Below, piece by piece: positions 42,703-52,379 of a stretch of 64,000 nucleotides of DNA. The translations under genes were made by a program, and so were the position numbers. This stretch comes from an uncultured Acidobacteriota bacterium. Its GTDB lineage: Bacteria > Acidobacteriota > UBA4820 > DSQY01. Position 1 is the stretch's first letter; every line of letters starts with the position of its first letter. Location: positions 18,237 through 82,236 of the forward strand of contig CAVRTJ010000034.1 of NCBI GenBank assembly GCA_963724125.1, given 5' to 3'. The notes beneath the pieces were generated by a model, which ran no database searches, was not told where the DNA came from, and saw nothing but the letters and a program-made list of their open reading frames with translations.

Positions 42703-44586
42703 ATGAGGGAATTGACTCGGAAGTGCTGTACGGTTCTCGCGGCCACTGTCATGGCGGCCGCCTCCGTTCTGGCGGCCGACAGGGCCGATATTCCGGAGAA
42801 ATACACCTGGAACCTCGCCGACATCTACCCGTCCGTCACGGCCTGGTCCCAGGCCAGGGCCGACGTCGAGAAAAAGATCGGCGAACTCACTCCCTTCAGG
42901 GGGCACATGGGTGACTCGGGCCAGACGCTCCTCAAGGCCCTCCGGACGCAGGAACGCCTCGAAAAGGAACTCTACCGGGTCTACGCCTACGCCAGCATGC
43001 TCAGCGACCAGGACACGAGGAATTCAGAGCACATGGCCATGAAGCAGAGCGTGCAGGAACTCGCGACGACCTACGGTGCGGCCGCCTCGTTCATCGAACC
43101 GGAAATCCTCTCGCTGGACGCCGACACCGTCCGGGGATTCATGGCGGCAGAGCCGGGCCTGTCCACCTATAAACCTTACCTGGACAATATCCTCCGCATG
43201 AAAGCGCACACGCTGACCCCGGACGAGGAACAGATCGTAGCTCGGGCGGGCGCCGTGGCCGTCTCCCCCGGTTCGATTTACGGGATCTTCACGGCCGCCG
43301 ACATGCCTCGTCCTGAAATCACCCTCTCGACCGGGGAGAAGGTCCGCCTCGACGCCGCGGGCTACGCCAAGTTCCGTTCTTCGAGCAGCCGTGAGGACCG
43401 CGATGCGGTCTTCAAGGCCTTCTGGAAGAGCTACGACGAATTCAAGCGCACCCTGGGCATGACCCTCTACTCGCACGTGAAGGCCCACATCTTCAACAAG
43501 GACGTCCGGCACTACGACAGTTCCCTTGCCGCGTCCCTGGATGCCAACAACATTCCGACGGCGGTCTACACACAGCTCATCGCGGACGTCCACCAGAACC
43601 TGCCCACCCTGCACCGCTATCTCAAACTCCGCAAGCGCATGATGGGCGTCGACCGCCTGAGGTACGAGGACCTCTACGCGCCTATCGTGAAGGAAGTCGA
43701 CATTTCCTACACGCCTGACCAGGCCATGGCCCTCGTCCTCGAGGCCGTATCCCCTCTCGGCCCGGCCTACGGGAGGGAACTCAAGACCGGTTTCGAGAGC
43801 AGGTGGATCGACTTCTACCCGAGCACCGGCAAGAGATCCGGCGCCTACAGCAGCGGCGCGGTCTACGACGTCCATCCCTATCAACTCCTGAACTTCAACG
43901 GCCGCTACGACGACGTTTCCACGCTGGCCCACGAGTCCGGCCACTCCATGCACAGCTACCTTTCCAACAAGAGCCAGACCTTCGCCAACGCGCACTATGC
44001 GACCTTTGTGGCCGAGGTGGCGTCGACCCTCAACGAAAACCTCCTGTTCCATTACACGATGGACCACACGAAGGACGACGCCACCAGGCTCTACATCCTG
44101 GGAGAACACCTCGAGGGCTACAGGCAGACGCTCTTCCGCCAGACCCTGTTCGCCGAGTTCGAGATGCGCATCCACGAGATGGCCGAGAAGGGACAGCCGC
44201 TCACGGGCGATTCCATGAGCGGGCTCTATCTGGACCTGCTCAGGAAGTACTACGGCCACGACGAGGGCGTCTGCACGATCGACGAGCTGTACGGCAACGA
44301 ATGGGCCTACATACCCCATTTCTACCGGAACTTCTACGTCTACCAGTACGCCACCAGCCTCACGGCCTCCACCGCGCTGGCCAACCGGATTCGTTCCGAA
44401 ATGCCTGCCACCGCAGCCCGCGACGCTTACCTGAAGATGCTCTCCTCGGGATCGACAAGCTATCCGGTGGACCTGCTCAAGGACGCAGGGGTTGACATGA
44501 CCACGAGCGCACCGTTCGACGAGGCCATCAAGGACATGAACGAGACCATGGATCAAATCGAGGCGATTCTGGACGAGAAGGCCTGA
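42703..44586 (+). CDS. pepF: Oligoendopeptidase F-like M3B metallopeptidase, secreted
   Basis: Signal peptide MRELTRKCCTVLAATVMAAASVLA; zinc motif HExxH in LAHESGHSMHSY; M3B-like length and conservation. SD AAGGAGGAAAAAGG before the ATG at 42703. Confidence 0.85.
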   Translation: MRELTRKCCTVLAATVMAAASVLAADRADIPEKYTWNLADIYPSVTAWSQARADVEKKIGELTPFRGHMGDSGQTLLKALRTQERLEKELYRVYAYASMLSDQDTRNSEHMAMKQSVQELATTYGAAASFIEPEILSLDADTVRGFMAAEPGLSTYKPYLDNILRMKAHTLTPDEEQIVARAGAVAVSPGSIYGIFTAADMPRPEITLSTGEKVRLDAAGYAKFRSSSSREDRDAVFKAFWKSYDEFKRTLGMTLYSHVKAHIFNKDVRHYDSSLAASLDANNIPTAVYTQLIADVHQNLPTLHRYLKLRKRMMGVDRLRYEDLYAPIVKEVDISYTPDQAMALVLEAVSPLGPAYGRELKTGFESRWIDFYPSTGKRSGAYSSGAVYDVHPYQLLNFNGRYDDVSTLAHESGHSMHSYLSNKSQTFANAHYATFVAEVASTLNENLLFHYTMDHTKDDATRLYILGEHLEGYRQTLFRQTLFAEFEMRIHEMAEKGQPLTGDSMSGLYLDLLRKYYGHDEGVCTIDELYGNEWAYIPHFYRNFYVYQYATSLTASTALANRIRSEMPATAARDAYLKMLSSGSTSYPVDLLKDAGVDMTTSAPFDEAIKDMNETMDQIEAILDEKA

Positions 44587-44612
44587 TTCTCCTCGTTGCA
44601 AAGCAAATGCAA

Positions 44613-44636
44613 GGGGCCCCACGGGGCCCCTTTTTT
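44613..44636 (+). terminator. Rho-independent terminator after pepF
   Basis: ggggcccc/ggggcccc palindromic GC hairpin followed by tttttt, about 27 nt after the stop. Confidence 0.65.
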
Positions 44637-44936
44637 CAATCCCGGCCCGCGGCACCCGGGCCGTGACCTCTCACGCCGCCACGATCGTGCGCCTCTCAGA
44701 GAAACGCACCTGCACTTCGGGCCGCGCCAGTTTTGAGTCCGCTCACAGAGTAGAGAGCGGCCCTCCGTTCCTCCCTCTCAAAATCTCTTCCCCAACCCGA
44801 ACTCCAATGACCATATCCTTCTCTTCCCGTTTTCCTTCCCGTGAAGACGCACCGCATAAGGTCCCTCCGACGCCAAGGCTTCCTTGCCGGACGGACCCGC
44901 AGGGGCTACCATGTACGCTCAAGATTGGCAGGCACG

Positions 44937-45431
44937 ATGAACGAGCGACTTCGGCGATTCCTCTTTCCTTCGATCACACCCGCCTTCCTGATCCGGGTGG
45001 TCTTGGTGGCGGTCTGTGCCTACGTCTTCTTCGGATTTGTCTGCACCCCTTTCGTGGTCAGGGGACGAAGCATGGTGCCGACTTACCACGACGGGGCTTT
45101 TGACTTTCTCTGGAAACCGAGGTTCCTGTTTTCCGGCCCGGAGCGCGGAGACGTAGTCGCCATAAGCCTTGCGGGTGACAGCGTGGTCTACCTGAAGCGC
45201 GTGGTTGCCTTGGGCGGCGATACAGTTTCCTTCAAGGAAGGCGTCCTTTACGTGGACGGCAAGGCGGTAGATGAACCCTACGTCAGGGGCCCGTGTCACT
45301 GGAACCTCCCCCCGCGCAAAGTTGAACCCGGCAGGGTCTACGTCGTGGGCGACAATAGGAGCATGCCGATGGAACAGCACGACTTCGGACAGGTCTCGGT
45401 CAGGCGCATCGTCGGGAGCCCGGTATGGTGA
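44937..45431 (+). CDS. lepB: Signal peptidase I (S26 family), compact ~165-aa form
   Basis: N-terminal anchor helix, catalytic Ser motif RGRSMVPT, Lys motif YLKRVVALGGD, and VYVVGDNRSMPMEQHDFG box. Confidence 0.8.
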   Translation: MNERLRRFLFPSITPAFLIRVVLVAVCAYVFFGFVCTPFVVRGRSMVPTYHDGAFDFLWKPRFLFSGPERGDVVAISLAGDSVVYLKRVVALGGDTVSFKEGVLYVDGKAVDEPYVRGPCHWNLPPRKVEPGRVYVVGDNRSMPMEQHDFGQVSVRRIVGSPVW

Positions 45432-45922
45432 CCTGGAAACGCCTCGGCGCCGTTCTGGCCGTGATTCTTGCGGCTTGGGCGATCTACTACTTCTTCCCAT
45501 CACGCACGCGGCAGGTCAAGCGCCGTTTCAAGGCCATATCGGAATGGGTGGACAAAACCGGCCCGGAGGGCAACCTGACGATGGCCAGGGAGGCCTCGGA
45601 GGCGGCCGATTTCTTCGCGCCCCAGTGCACGTGGGATGCGCAGTCCTACGACCTCAACGGCTCCTTCACGCCTCGCGACGCCGCGCGCTATTACTTCGCG
45701 GGCCGCGAGCGTTTTTCAAGTCTTTCGCTCAAGTTCTACGATGTGGGGGTCGGCTTTCCCGAGAAGCACAAGGCGGACGTCACGGCGACGGCCCGGATTA
45801 CGGGTACGACGAGGGAAGGCGAGAAGGTGAGCGAAACGCACGAAGTCCAATGCTCCCTCAGGAAGACCGACGGCACGTGGCGACTGACCCACGTGACCGT
45901 CGTGCAGGTGCTCCAGAGATAA
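45425..45922 (+). CDS. Hypothetical membrane-anchored protein, translationally coupled to lepB
   Basis: Start overlaps the lepB stop by 7 nt; N-terminal TM helix (LGAVLAVILAAWAIYYFF) followed by a ~130-aa soluble domain of unassigned family. Confidence 0.55.
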   Translation: MVTWKRLGAVLAVILAAWAIYYFFPSRTRQVKRRFKAISEWVDKTGPEGNLTMAREASEAADFFAPQCTWDAQSYDLNGSFTPRDAARYYFAGRERFSSLSLKFYDVGVGFPEKHKADVTATARITGTTREGEKVSETHEVQCSLRKTDGTWRLTHVTVVQVLQR

Positions 45923-46014
45923 TAGAATCGGATTTCCCGGTAATGCTACCTGTTCCCGGGGTTGAGGTGTGCTACGACGAGGGCGCGCGAGCCGGTGAAT
46001 CCTCTCACAGCCCG

Positions 46015-46440
46015 TCAGTAAGCGATGGGCGGATCCTTCGACGCGCTCTGAAAGGAAAGCGCAAGGACGACGTTGTCGTCCTTGATGGTGCTGTACGTGA
46101 CGACGGCGTCCACGTACCCGTTCGAAAATGTGCACACGACGTGTATGTGCCACTCGATGCCGTCCACTTCCGTGGCCTTCACCTCGGAGCCCTGGAAGGG
46201 ACCGAACCGGTCCAGGAGAGACTGCCACTCCCTCTGGAGCTTCTCCGCCGTCAGGGTCTTTGCCAGTTCCGGCGAAAACCTGGCCACGGCCTGGTCGTAG
46301 GTGCCGGCACTGATCAGACTCACGACGTAGCTCGCCTCGTCCGTAGGCGCCGCACCCAGCGCGTCGCCCGAGCCGAGGTACTGCGCGGGCGCCACCAGGC
46401 AGACGGACATGAGCAGGGCCAGGATCAGAAGCTTCTTCAT
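46015..46440 (-). CDS. Hypothetical secreted protein or lipoprotein of unassigned family
   Basis: Signal peptide MKKLLILALLMSVCLVAPAQ, then a ~120-aa domain (EKLQREWQSLLDRFGPFQGSEVKATEVDGIEWHIHVVCTF). No family recognised with confidence. Confidence 0.55.
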   Translation of the reverse strand: MKKLLILALLMSVCLVAPAQYLGSGDALGAAPTDEASYVVSLISAGTYDQAVARFSPELAKTLTAEKLQREWQSLLDRFGPFQGSEVKATEVDGIEWHIHVVCTFSNGYVDAVVTYSTIKDDNVVLALSFQSASKDPPIAY

Positions 46441-46494
46441 GATAGGCGTCTCCTTGATGCGGCCCGGCCCACACATGGGCCGGATACCGGAATG

Positions 46495-47145
46495 CTATCG
46501 CCTGTGCCTTCCCGCGGCCCCCGCGTGCCCGCCCCTGGAGGGCATCGGGGACGGCATGGGCATGGGCATCGGCCTGGGGCTGAAGCGGGGGCGGCCGCGC
46601 GGCACACGCACGGGAGGCGCCGTGTTCACCGGCGGGCGCCTTCGGTGACGGACGCGGTCGGCCGAGGAACCGCCCCTGCGAGGATTCTCGTTCCGGATGA
46701 CGACGGGCTTCGGAGCCGGATGCGAGTGCGGGTGCCCGTGCCGGGAACGATGCCGGTACATCCATGGATCAGGCAGAAAACCCCGGTAGAGGCTGTACCA
46801 ACCCGTCCAGAGGTACATGCCGCCGTAGTAGCCGTACCAGTTGTACGGGTTGCTCCAGCCGTACCAGTCGTACCAGCCGCCACCCAACATCCAGTTCATG
46901 TACGACTGCGGCCCCCATCCCGGCCAGTCCCAGGGCGCCCACTCCGCGCTGAAATAGTCGGGCGTCCAGTCGTATCCGTACCAGTTCCCGCAGTTCCATG
47001 CCGAAACCGGGCCTCCCGCGGATACGGTCATGACCGAGAAAGGTCGGACGGGGAAAACGGGCTCGGCCGCCGAGTGCGAGACCGGCACGGCGAGGCACAC
47101 TATTGCGAGGGTCGCGGCGACCAGGATTGCCTTGTGCTTCATCAT
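46495..47145 (-). CDS. Secreted Trp/Tyr/Gly-rich low-complexity protein with Pro/Arg/His-rich basic tail
   Basis: ATG at 47145 with SD GGGAGG; signal peptide MMKHKAILVAATLAIVCLAVPVSHSAAEP; mature region is dominated by W, Y and G (WNCGNWYGYDWTPDYF...WYDWYGWSNPYNWYGYYGGMYLWTGWY), then a basic tail with PMPMPMPSPMP. No family recognised; the C-terminal extent could be affected by an indel. Confidence 0.5.
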   Translation of the reverse strand: MMKHKAILVAATLAIVCLAVPVSHSAAEPVFPVRPFSVMTVSAGGPVSAWNCGNWYGYDWTPDYFSAEWAPWDWPGWGPQSYMNWMLGGGWYDWYGWSNPYNWYGYYGGMYLWTGWYSLYRGFLPDPWMYRHRSRHGHPHSHPAPKPVVIRNENPRRGGSSADRVRHRRRPPVNTAPPVRVPRGRPRFSPRPMPMPMPSPMPSRGGHAGAAGRHRR

Positions 47146-47544
47146 TTCAAACCTCCCAAGCGCGGGTTTCATGGCATATCCCCTTCTCTCCGCGGCCTGG
47201 AGGCCGCATGATCTGAGCGTCCCTGGACTCGATCCGATGACGACGCAACACATCATGCAAGCCCGCTGCCAATGACAATATAGGGTGCAAACCCGCCGCG
47301 TGCACGGGCTTCGCGCGGCTGCCGGGTCCCGGCCTGTTCTCGACCTCGTATTTAGTCCGAAAAACCGGACACTCTTGCGGCGGCCGGTGCGATGACCCGG
47401 CGATCGACGGAACACGGGCCTTAAGTGAGGCGTTCTTCGAAGACCTCGCTCCACCCGTCTTCGGCGCGTCGCGTAAGGCGGGAAAAGTTTTCAGGAGCTT
47501 CCCTTCCCCCGCCTTCCGGTTCCGAGATTCAAAAGTTTCCGCCC

Positions 47545-48511
47545 TTACTTCATACGCTTCAGGTAGCGGTAGAGCTCCGAGTCCGTCGAAAGGATCATGA
47601 CGCCTTTACCATCCATCGTCTTCCCATAGGTTTTTAGCGTTTCGACGAAACGGTAGAGGTTCGGGTCCTGCTGATAGGCCTCGGCGTAGATCTTCGTGGA
47701 CTGCGCTTCCCCGTCGCCGAGGATTTCCTGCGCCTTCCGATAGGCCTCCGACTGGATGCGCTTGGACTCCTCCGTGACCTGCCCGGCAATCTCGGCCTTC
47801 TTGCCCTGCCCGAGCGCCCTGTATTTTTCCGCGATCCTCAGCTGCTGGCTGATCATCCGGTCGTAGACCTTGCGCAAGCACCTTCTGGGTGTAGTCGAGG
47901 CGCTTGATCTCCAGATCCACGAGGTCTATCCCGAGGTTGAGCTCCTTAAGGCGCTTCTTTGCCGCGTTCGTGATTTCCGTTGTCAGTTCTTCCCGCAGTC
48001 CCCTCACGGGCTCCTGGGCATCCTTGGAGTCCGAGCCGCCCGACATGCGGCCCTCGGATGCCTCGATGGCCTCCTCCCCCAGGTCCATGTGCCTGTTCGA
48101 GGATCGAACGACTTCGAGAAGCGTATGCGCCGATAGAGTGTCCCTCACGAGTCCGTCGAGAATGTCGTCGAGCCGACCCTGGCCGCCCTCCTGGTTGGTC
48201 ACCTTCTTGTAGAAGGTCAGGGCGTTCGAAATGCGCCACCTGGCGAAGGAGTCCACGAAAATGAACTTGGAGTCCTTGGTCGGGATCACTTCGGGATCGC
48301 CGTCCCACTCCAATATCCGCTTGTCAAAATAGTGGACATCCTGTACGAGCGGGATCTTCCAGTGCAGACCGGCTTGCGTGACCGGCTGCCCCACCGGGGA
48401 GCCGAGCTGGACGACGACCGCCTGCTCGTACTCCGGGACGGTGAAGAGGAACATCTTGCCCAGGATTATGAGGACGACCACGAGGACGACGCCCGCAATG
48501 ATCTTTCTCAT
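47545..48511 (-). CDS. hflC: Protease modulator HflC (SPFH/band-7); apparent frameshift near 47875-47885
   Basis: N-terminal TM helix plus SPFH domain in the frame of ORF 47606-48511, continuing after DYTQKV in the frame of ORF 47545-47877 (KVYDRMISQQLRIAEKY...). ATG overlaps the hflK stop (ATGA) with SD GGAGG. Confidence 0.8.
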
Positions 48512-49519
48512 TGGGCACCTCCCTTCTTCTCGGTCATCCCCGCCGACCGGAAATCGAGGAGAGGCATCATGTTCTTAAGCGATTCATCCACCACGTAGAC
48601 CTGGCGGAGGCGCGGCAGGGCCTGTCCGCATGGTCTCCAGGAAGAGACGGCGGCGGGTCACCTCCGGCGCCTTTCGATACTCGCGCATGAGCTTCGTAAA
48701 GCGCGCCGCGTCGCCCTTCGCGCGGTTGATTCTCTCCACCCGGGTTCCTTCGGCCTCCTTGACGGTCTGTTCGGCCTCGCCCTTGACCCTGTAAATGACC
48801 TTGTTGTACTCCTGGTAGGCCTGGTTGATGGCCTGGTCCATTTCCTGGCGCGCCCGGTTGACCTCGTCGAACGAGTCCTTGACCGGGGCCGGGGGATGCA
48901 CGTCCTGGAGCTGGACCAGCTTGATATCCACGCCGCAGTTATACAGATCGAGCATCTTCTGCATCCTGTCCTTGACGGCCAGTTCGATGGCCTGCCGCTT
49001 CAGGCGGATGACCTCGTTGAAGGACTCGTCCCCGACCACGGCCCGCATGGTGGCTTCGGAAACGTCCCTGATTGTGCCCGGAACGTCCCTGACGGCGAAG
49101 AGATACTTTCTGGGATCGCGGATGCGATATTGAACCACCCACGTCACCGTGGCGATATTCTGATCCCCGGTGAGCATGTCCGATTCTTTCGTGTAGTCCT
49201 CTTCGGAGTAGTGCGACCGCACTCCGGCCCTATCGGTTCGGAAGCCGAATTCTTCCTTGAACTGGTAGTCGGTCTTGACCAGGTAGACCTTGTCCACGCC
49301 AAATGCGATCTTGAGGTGCGGCCCCGGTTTGGCCGATTTGATGTAGCGCCCGAAGCGCAGGACCACCCCCGTCTCGTTCGGTTCCACCTGGTAGTAGGAC
49401 GTCACGGCCAGCACGATCAGCACGATCACCGCCAAGCCCCCGGCTATCGCCCTCATCGTGTCCTTCGGGGACAGCCCTCGTTTCAGGTTGTCCACTGCGT
49501 CTTTGAACTTGTCGTCCAT
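48508..49519 (-). CDS. hflK: Protease modulator HflK (SPFH/band-7); apparent frameshift near 48635-48645
   Basis: Start at MDDKFKDAVDNLK; SPFH core conserved; the C-terminal ~35 codons read in a +1-shifted frame (QALPRLRQVYVVDESLKNMMPLLDFRSAGMTEKKGGAQ) and end at a TGA overlapping the hflC ATG. Confidence 0.8.
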
Positions 49520-49940
49520 TCTTCCTCCCTCCCCGATGCGTACACTGAGCACGAAATCACGTAGCCGCGGCTGCGACCGGCGGCTCCTCCGCGGGCGATC
49601 GTCTCGTCGGCCCTGCCTGGCGGTCCTCCATGCTGCTTCTTTTTCAATGTTACCAGCCGGTGCGCATCGGGACAAATACCCCGGCAACCGTCACGACTGC
49701 CCCACCTGCCATCGGGTCCGGGTCCCCGTGACGGCCGTCACGCTTGACGCTAACGCCTCTACCGAGGCTATTGCAAAATAATTTGAAAGGGTGTATCAGG
49801 TCTTATGGCCCTCGGTTCCAAGAGGTATGACGATCCGTGTTGGCCTGATCCCAGAGGGGCATGGCCGTTTTGCCGGTGGGCGGCCTGCCGTTTCCCACGC
49901 CGGCAGATGGGCCGGTTCGGCCGGCCGGAAGGAAGCACGG

Positions 49941-50297
49941 ATGAAGTTATACGTCGGGAACCTGTCGTACGAGACCAGTGAAGACGACCTGAAAGACCTC
50001 TTCGCCGCCTACGGCGAACCAAGTTCGATCAGGATTATCACGGACCGTGTCACCAGGCGTTCAAAGGGCTTTGGATTCGTCGAGTATGAAGATGACGACC
50101 AGGCCCGCGCCGCGATGAGCGCCCTGAACGGCAAGGAAGTTGCCGGCAGGGCTTTGACGGTCAACGAAGCCCGCCCACAGACGCAGAGTGGTGGACCGGG
50201 TGGCGGCCGCGGTCCCGGCCGCGGCGGGCGCGGTCCCGGCCGCGGCGGTTTCGGTGGCGGCCGAGGCGGATTTGGAGGCGGAGGCGACCGCTACTGA
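49941..50297 (+). CDS. Glycine-rich RNA-binding protein with single RRM domain
   Basis: RNP-2 (KLYVGNLSY) and RNP-1 (KGFGFVEY) motifs followed by an RGG/GGF repeat tail. SD GGAAGGAAG before the ATG at 49941. Confidence 0.85.
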   Translation: MKLYVGNLSYETSEDDLKDLFAAYGEPSSIRIITDRVTRRSKGFGFVEYEDDDQARAAMSALNGKEVAGRALTVNEARPQTQSGGPGGGRGPGRGGRGPGRGGFGGGRGGFGGGGDRY

Positions 50298-50345
50298 AGT
50301 TCCTTCGGCTCCGCCCACCGGGGGCGGATTCCCGAACACGAGAGA

Positions 50346-50376
50346 GGGAGGGGCACCTCTGGGCCCCTCCCTTTTT
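50346..50376 (+). terminator. Rho-independent terminator after the RRM gene, in the convergent gap with the acyl-CoA ligase gene
   Basis: 9-bp stem gggaggggc/gcccctccc with 8-nt loop followed by ttttt. Confidence 0.6.
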
Positions 50377-50436
50377 CATTGCGCCGCGGTGCCGGAGCGG
50401 TTCTCCGGATGTCGTCCCTTTTCAGGACCGCCCTCC

Positions 50437-52251
50437 TCATGCGCCTCCGCTTTCCTTCGGCTGCGCGTAAAGCTCCTCGATGTCCCGTGCATACAGTTCG
50501 TTGATGACGCGCCTCTTGACCTTCATGGTCGGCGTGAGTTCTCCCGCTTCCTGCGTGAGTTCCCGGATCAGAATCCTGCAGCGCTTGACCTGCTCGTATC
50601 TCGATAACCTGCTGTTTACCCTCTCCAGCACTCCGGCGAACAGGTGCATGACCACCGGGTGGTCTCTCAGGACCGCGGGGTCCTTCTCGGCCATGCCCTG
50701 ACTCTTGGCGTAGTCCAGGACATTTGCCCAGTTGGGAACTATGAGCGCGGCTATGTACGGCCGCTTGTCGCCGATGAGGACGGTCTGGCTCACGTACTTG
50801 TTCGTCTTGAACGCATTCTCGATGGGTTGAGGCGCCACGTTCTTTCCGCCGGCCGTGACGATGAGTTCCTTCTTCCTGTCCGTAATGTAGACAAAACCTT
50901 CCTCGTCGATCTGAGCGATGTCGCCCGTCGCGAACCAGCCGTCGTCCGACAGGACCTCTGCGGTTTCTTCGGGCATCTTGTAGTAGCCCTTCATGACGTT
51001 CGGCCCGCGGACGAAAAGCTCCCCATCCTCGGCGGTCCTTACTTCCACTTTCGAAATGACCTTGCCGACGGACCCGTATCGCATTGCGCCGGGTTTGTTC
51101 ACGGTGACCACGGGCGTCGTCTCGCTCAGGCCGTAACCTTCCAGGATGTTGAGTCCCGCCCCGAAAAAGAAGAGGCCGAGGTCCCTTGCCAGCGGCGCCC
51201 CCCCTGATACCATGAGACGCAGGCGCCCGCCTGTCTTCTCACGCAGCTTCTTGTAGACGAGCCTGTCGGCGATACCGTGTTTGAAAGACAGCGCCGCTCC
51301 CACCCTGCCTTCCTCGAGCGTCGCGCATGCCCACTCCTGCGCCACCTTCACGCTCCAGTGGATGAGTTTCTTCTTCAATCCCGAGGCGTGCGCCGCCTGT
51401 TCCATGAGACGGGCGTAGACCTTCTCATAGAGACGCGGGACGGAGACCATGAGCGTGGGGCGCACTTCCTGGAGGTTCTCGCCCACCTTCTCGACGCTTT
51501 CGGCGTAGGCCATGCTGCAGCCCCGCCAGAAGAAGCAGTAGTCCGCCATCCGCTCCAGGCTGTGGCTGAGGGGCAGAAAGACGAGCACCCTGTCCGAGGG
51601 GCCCGCATCCACCTCTTCCAACGTGGCCTTGCAGTTCTCGATGAAATTGGAATGCGTGAGCATGACCCCCTTCGGAACACCCGTCGTCCCGGACGTGTAT
51701 ATGATGGTCGCGAGGTCGTCCGGCTTCACCGTGGCAGCCGTCTTCCGGTGAATTCCGGGGTTTTCCGCGCTGTAGGCCCTTCCCTTCTCGAGCGTTCCCT
51801 CCCACGTGGCGAGGTCGCCCCTGCCTTCCGGCGGCGGGTCCATGATGATGATCCGCTTGATGCTGGGCAGGGCGGAACGCTGCGACAGGAGTTTGTTGGC
51901 CTGGTCCTGGTCGGAGACAATGGCGATGGCTGCATCGCTGTCATTTGCGATGTAGGCAGTTTCTTCCGCGTTCAGGGTCGGATAGATGGGAACCGTCACG
52001 GCCGCCGCCGTCAGAATCGCAAAATCCGCCATGGCCCATTCCGGTCTGTCTTCAGAGAGCAGCACGACTTTCTCGCCGGGTTTGACCCCCAGCGCCATCA
52101 GGCCGCACGCCAGAGCCTCCACGTTCTCGGCGGCGGACTGTGTAGACCGTTCCCACCATTGCCCGCCCTGTTTCCAGAGGAACATGTCGGGCCTTTTCAG
52201 CGTGTCCACGTTATGGAAATAGAGATCACAAAGAGTACGAACCTCTCCCAT
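50437..52251 (-). CDS. Long-chain fatty-acid-CoA ligase (AMP-dependent synthetase/ligase family)
   Basis: AMP-binding motif IIYTSGTTGVPKGVMLTH, plus GYGLSETT and conserved C-terminal lysine region, in a ~600-aa protein. Confidence 0.85.
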   Translation of the reverse strand: MGEVRTLCDLYFHNVDTLKRPDMFLWKQGGQWWERSTQSAAENVEALACGLMALGVKPGEKVVLLSEDRPEWAMADFAILTAAAVTVPIYPTLNAEETAYIANDSDAAIAIVSDQDQANKLLSQRSALPSIKRIIIMDPPPEGRGDLATWEGTLEKGRAYSAENPGIHRKTAATVKPDDLATIIYTSGTTGVPKGVMLTHSNFIENCKATLEEVDAGPSDRVLVFLPLSHSLERMADYCFFWRGCSMAYAESVEKVGENLQEVRPTLMVSVPRLYEKVYARLMEQAAHASGLKKKLIHWSVKVAQEWACATLEEGRVGAALSFKHGIADRLVYKKLREKTGGRLRLMVSGGAPLARDLGLFFFGAGLNILEGYGLSETTPVVTVNKPGAMRYGSVGKVISKVEVRTAEDGELFVRGPNVMKGYYKMPEETAEVLSDDGWFATGDIAQIDEEGFVYITDRKKELIVTAGGKNVAPQPIENAFKTNKYVSQTVLIGDKRPYIAALIVPNWANVLDYAKSQGMAEKDPAVLRDHPVVMHLFAGVLERVNSRLSRYEQVKRCRILIRELTQEAGELTPTMKVKRRVINELYARDIEELYAQPKESGGA

Positions 52252-52310
52252 CTTCCCCTCCTCCGCTCGCAGCGCCTGCCGTTAAATATAATTCTAATGT
52301 CCCAGAGTGC

Positions 52311-52342
52311 AAAGAAAAAGGGCGGGGAAACCGTCCCCGCCC
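52311..52342 (-). terminator. Rho-independent terminator after the S46 peptidase gene (minus strand)
   Basis: 8-bp stem gggcgggg/ccccgccc with 7-nt loop; on the minus strand it is followed by tttttcttt, about 40 nt past the stop. Confidence 0.55.
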
Positions 52343-52379
52343 GATTCTGCAAAACTCACCGGCACTGCCGGAGGCCCCG

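Noticed and set aside
50190-50290. Short GC-rich tandem repeats (ggcggccgcggtcccggccgcggcgg units)
   Set aside because: They encode the RGG/GGF glycine-rich tail of the RRM RNA-binding protein; not a CRISPR array or non-coding tandem repeat.
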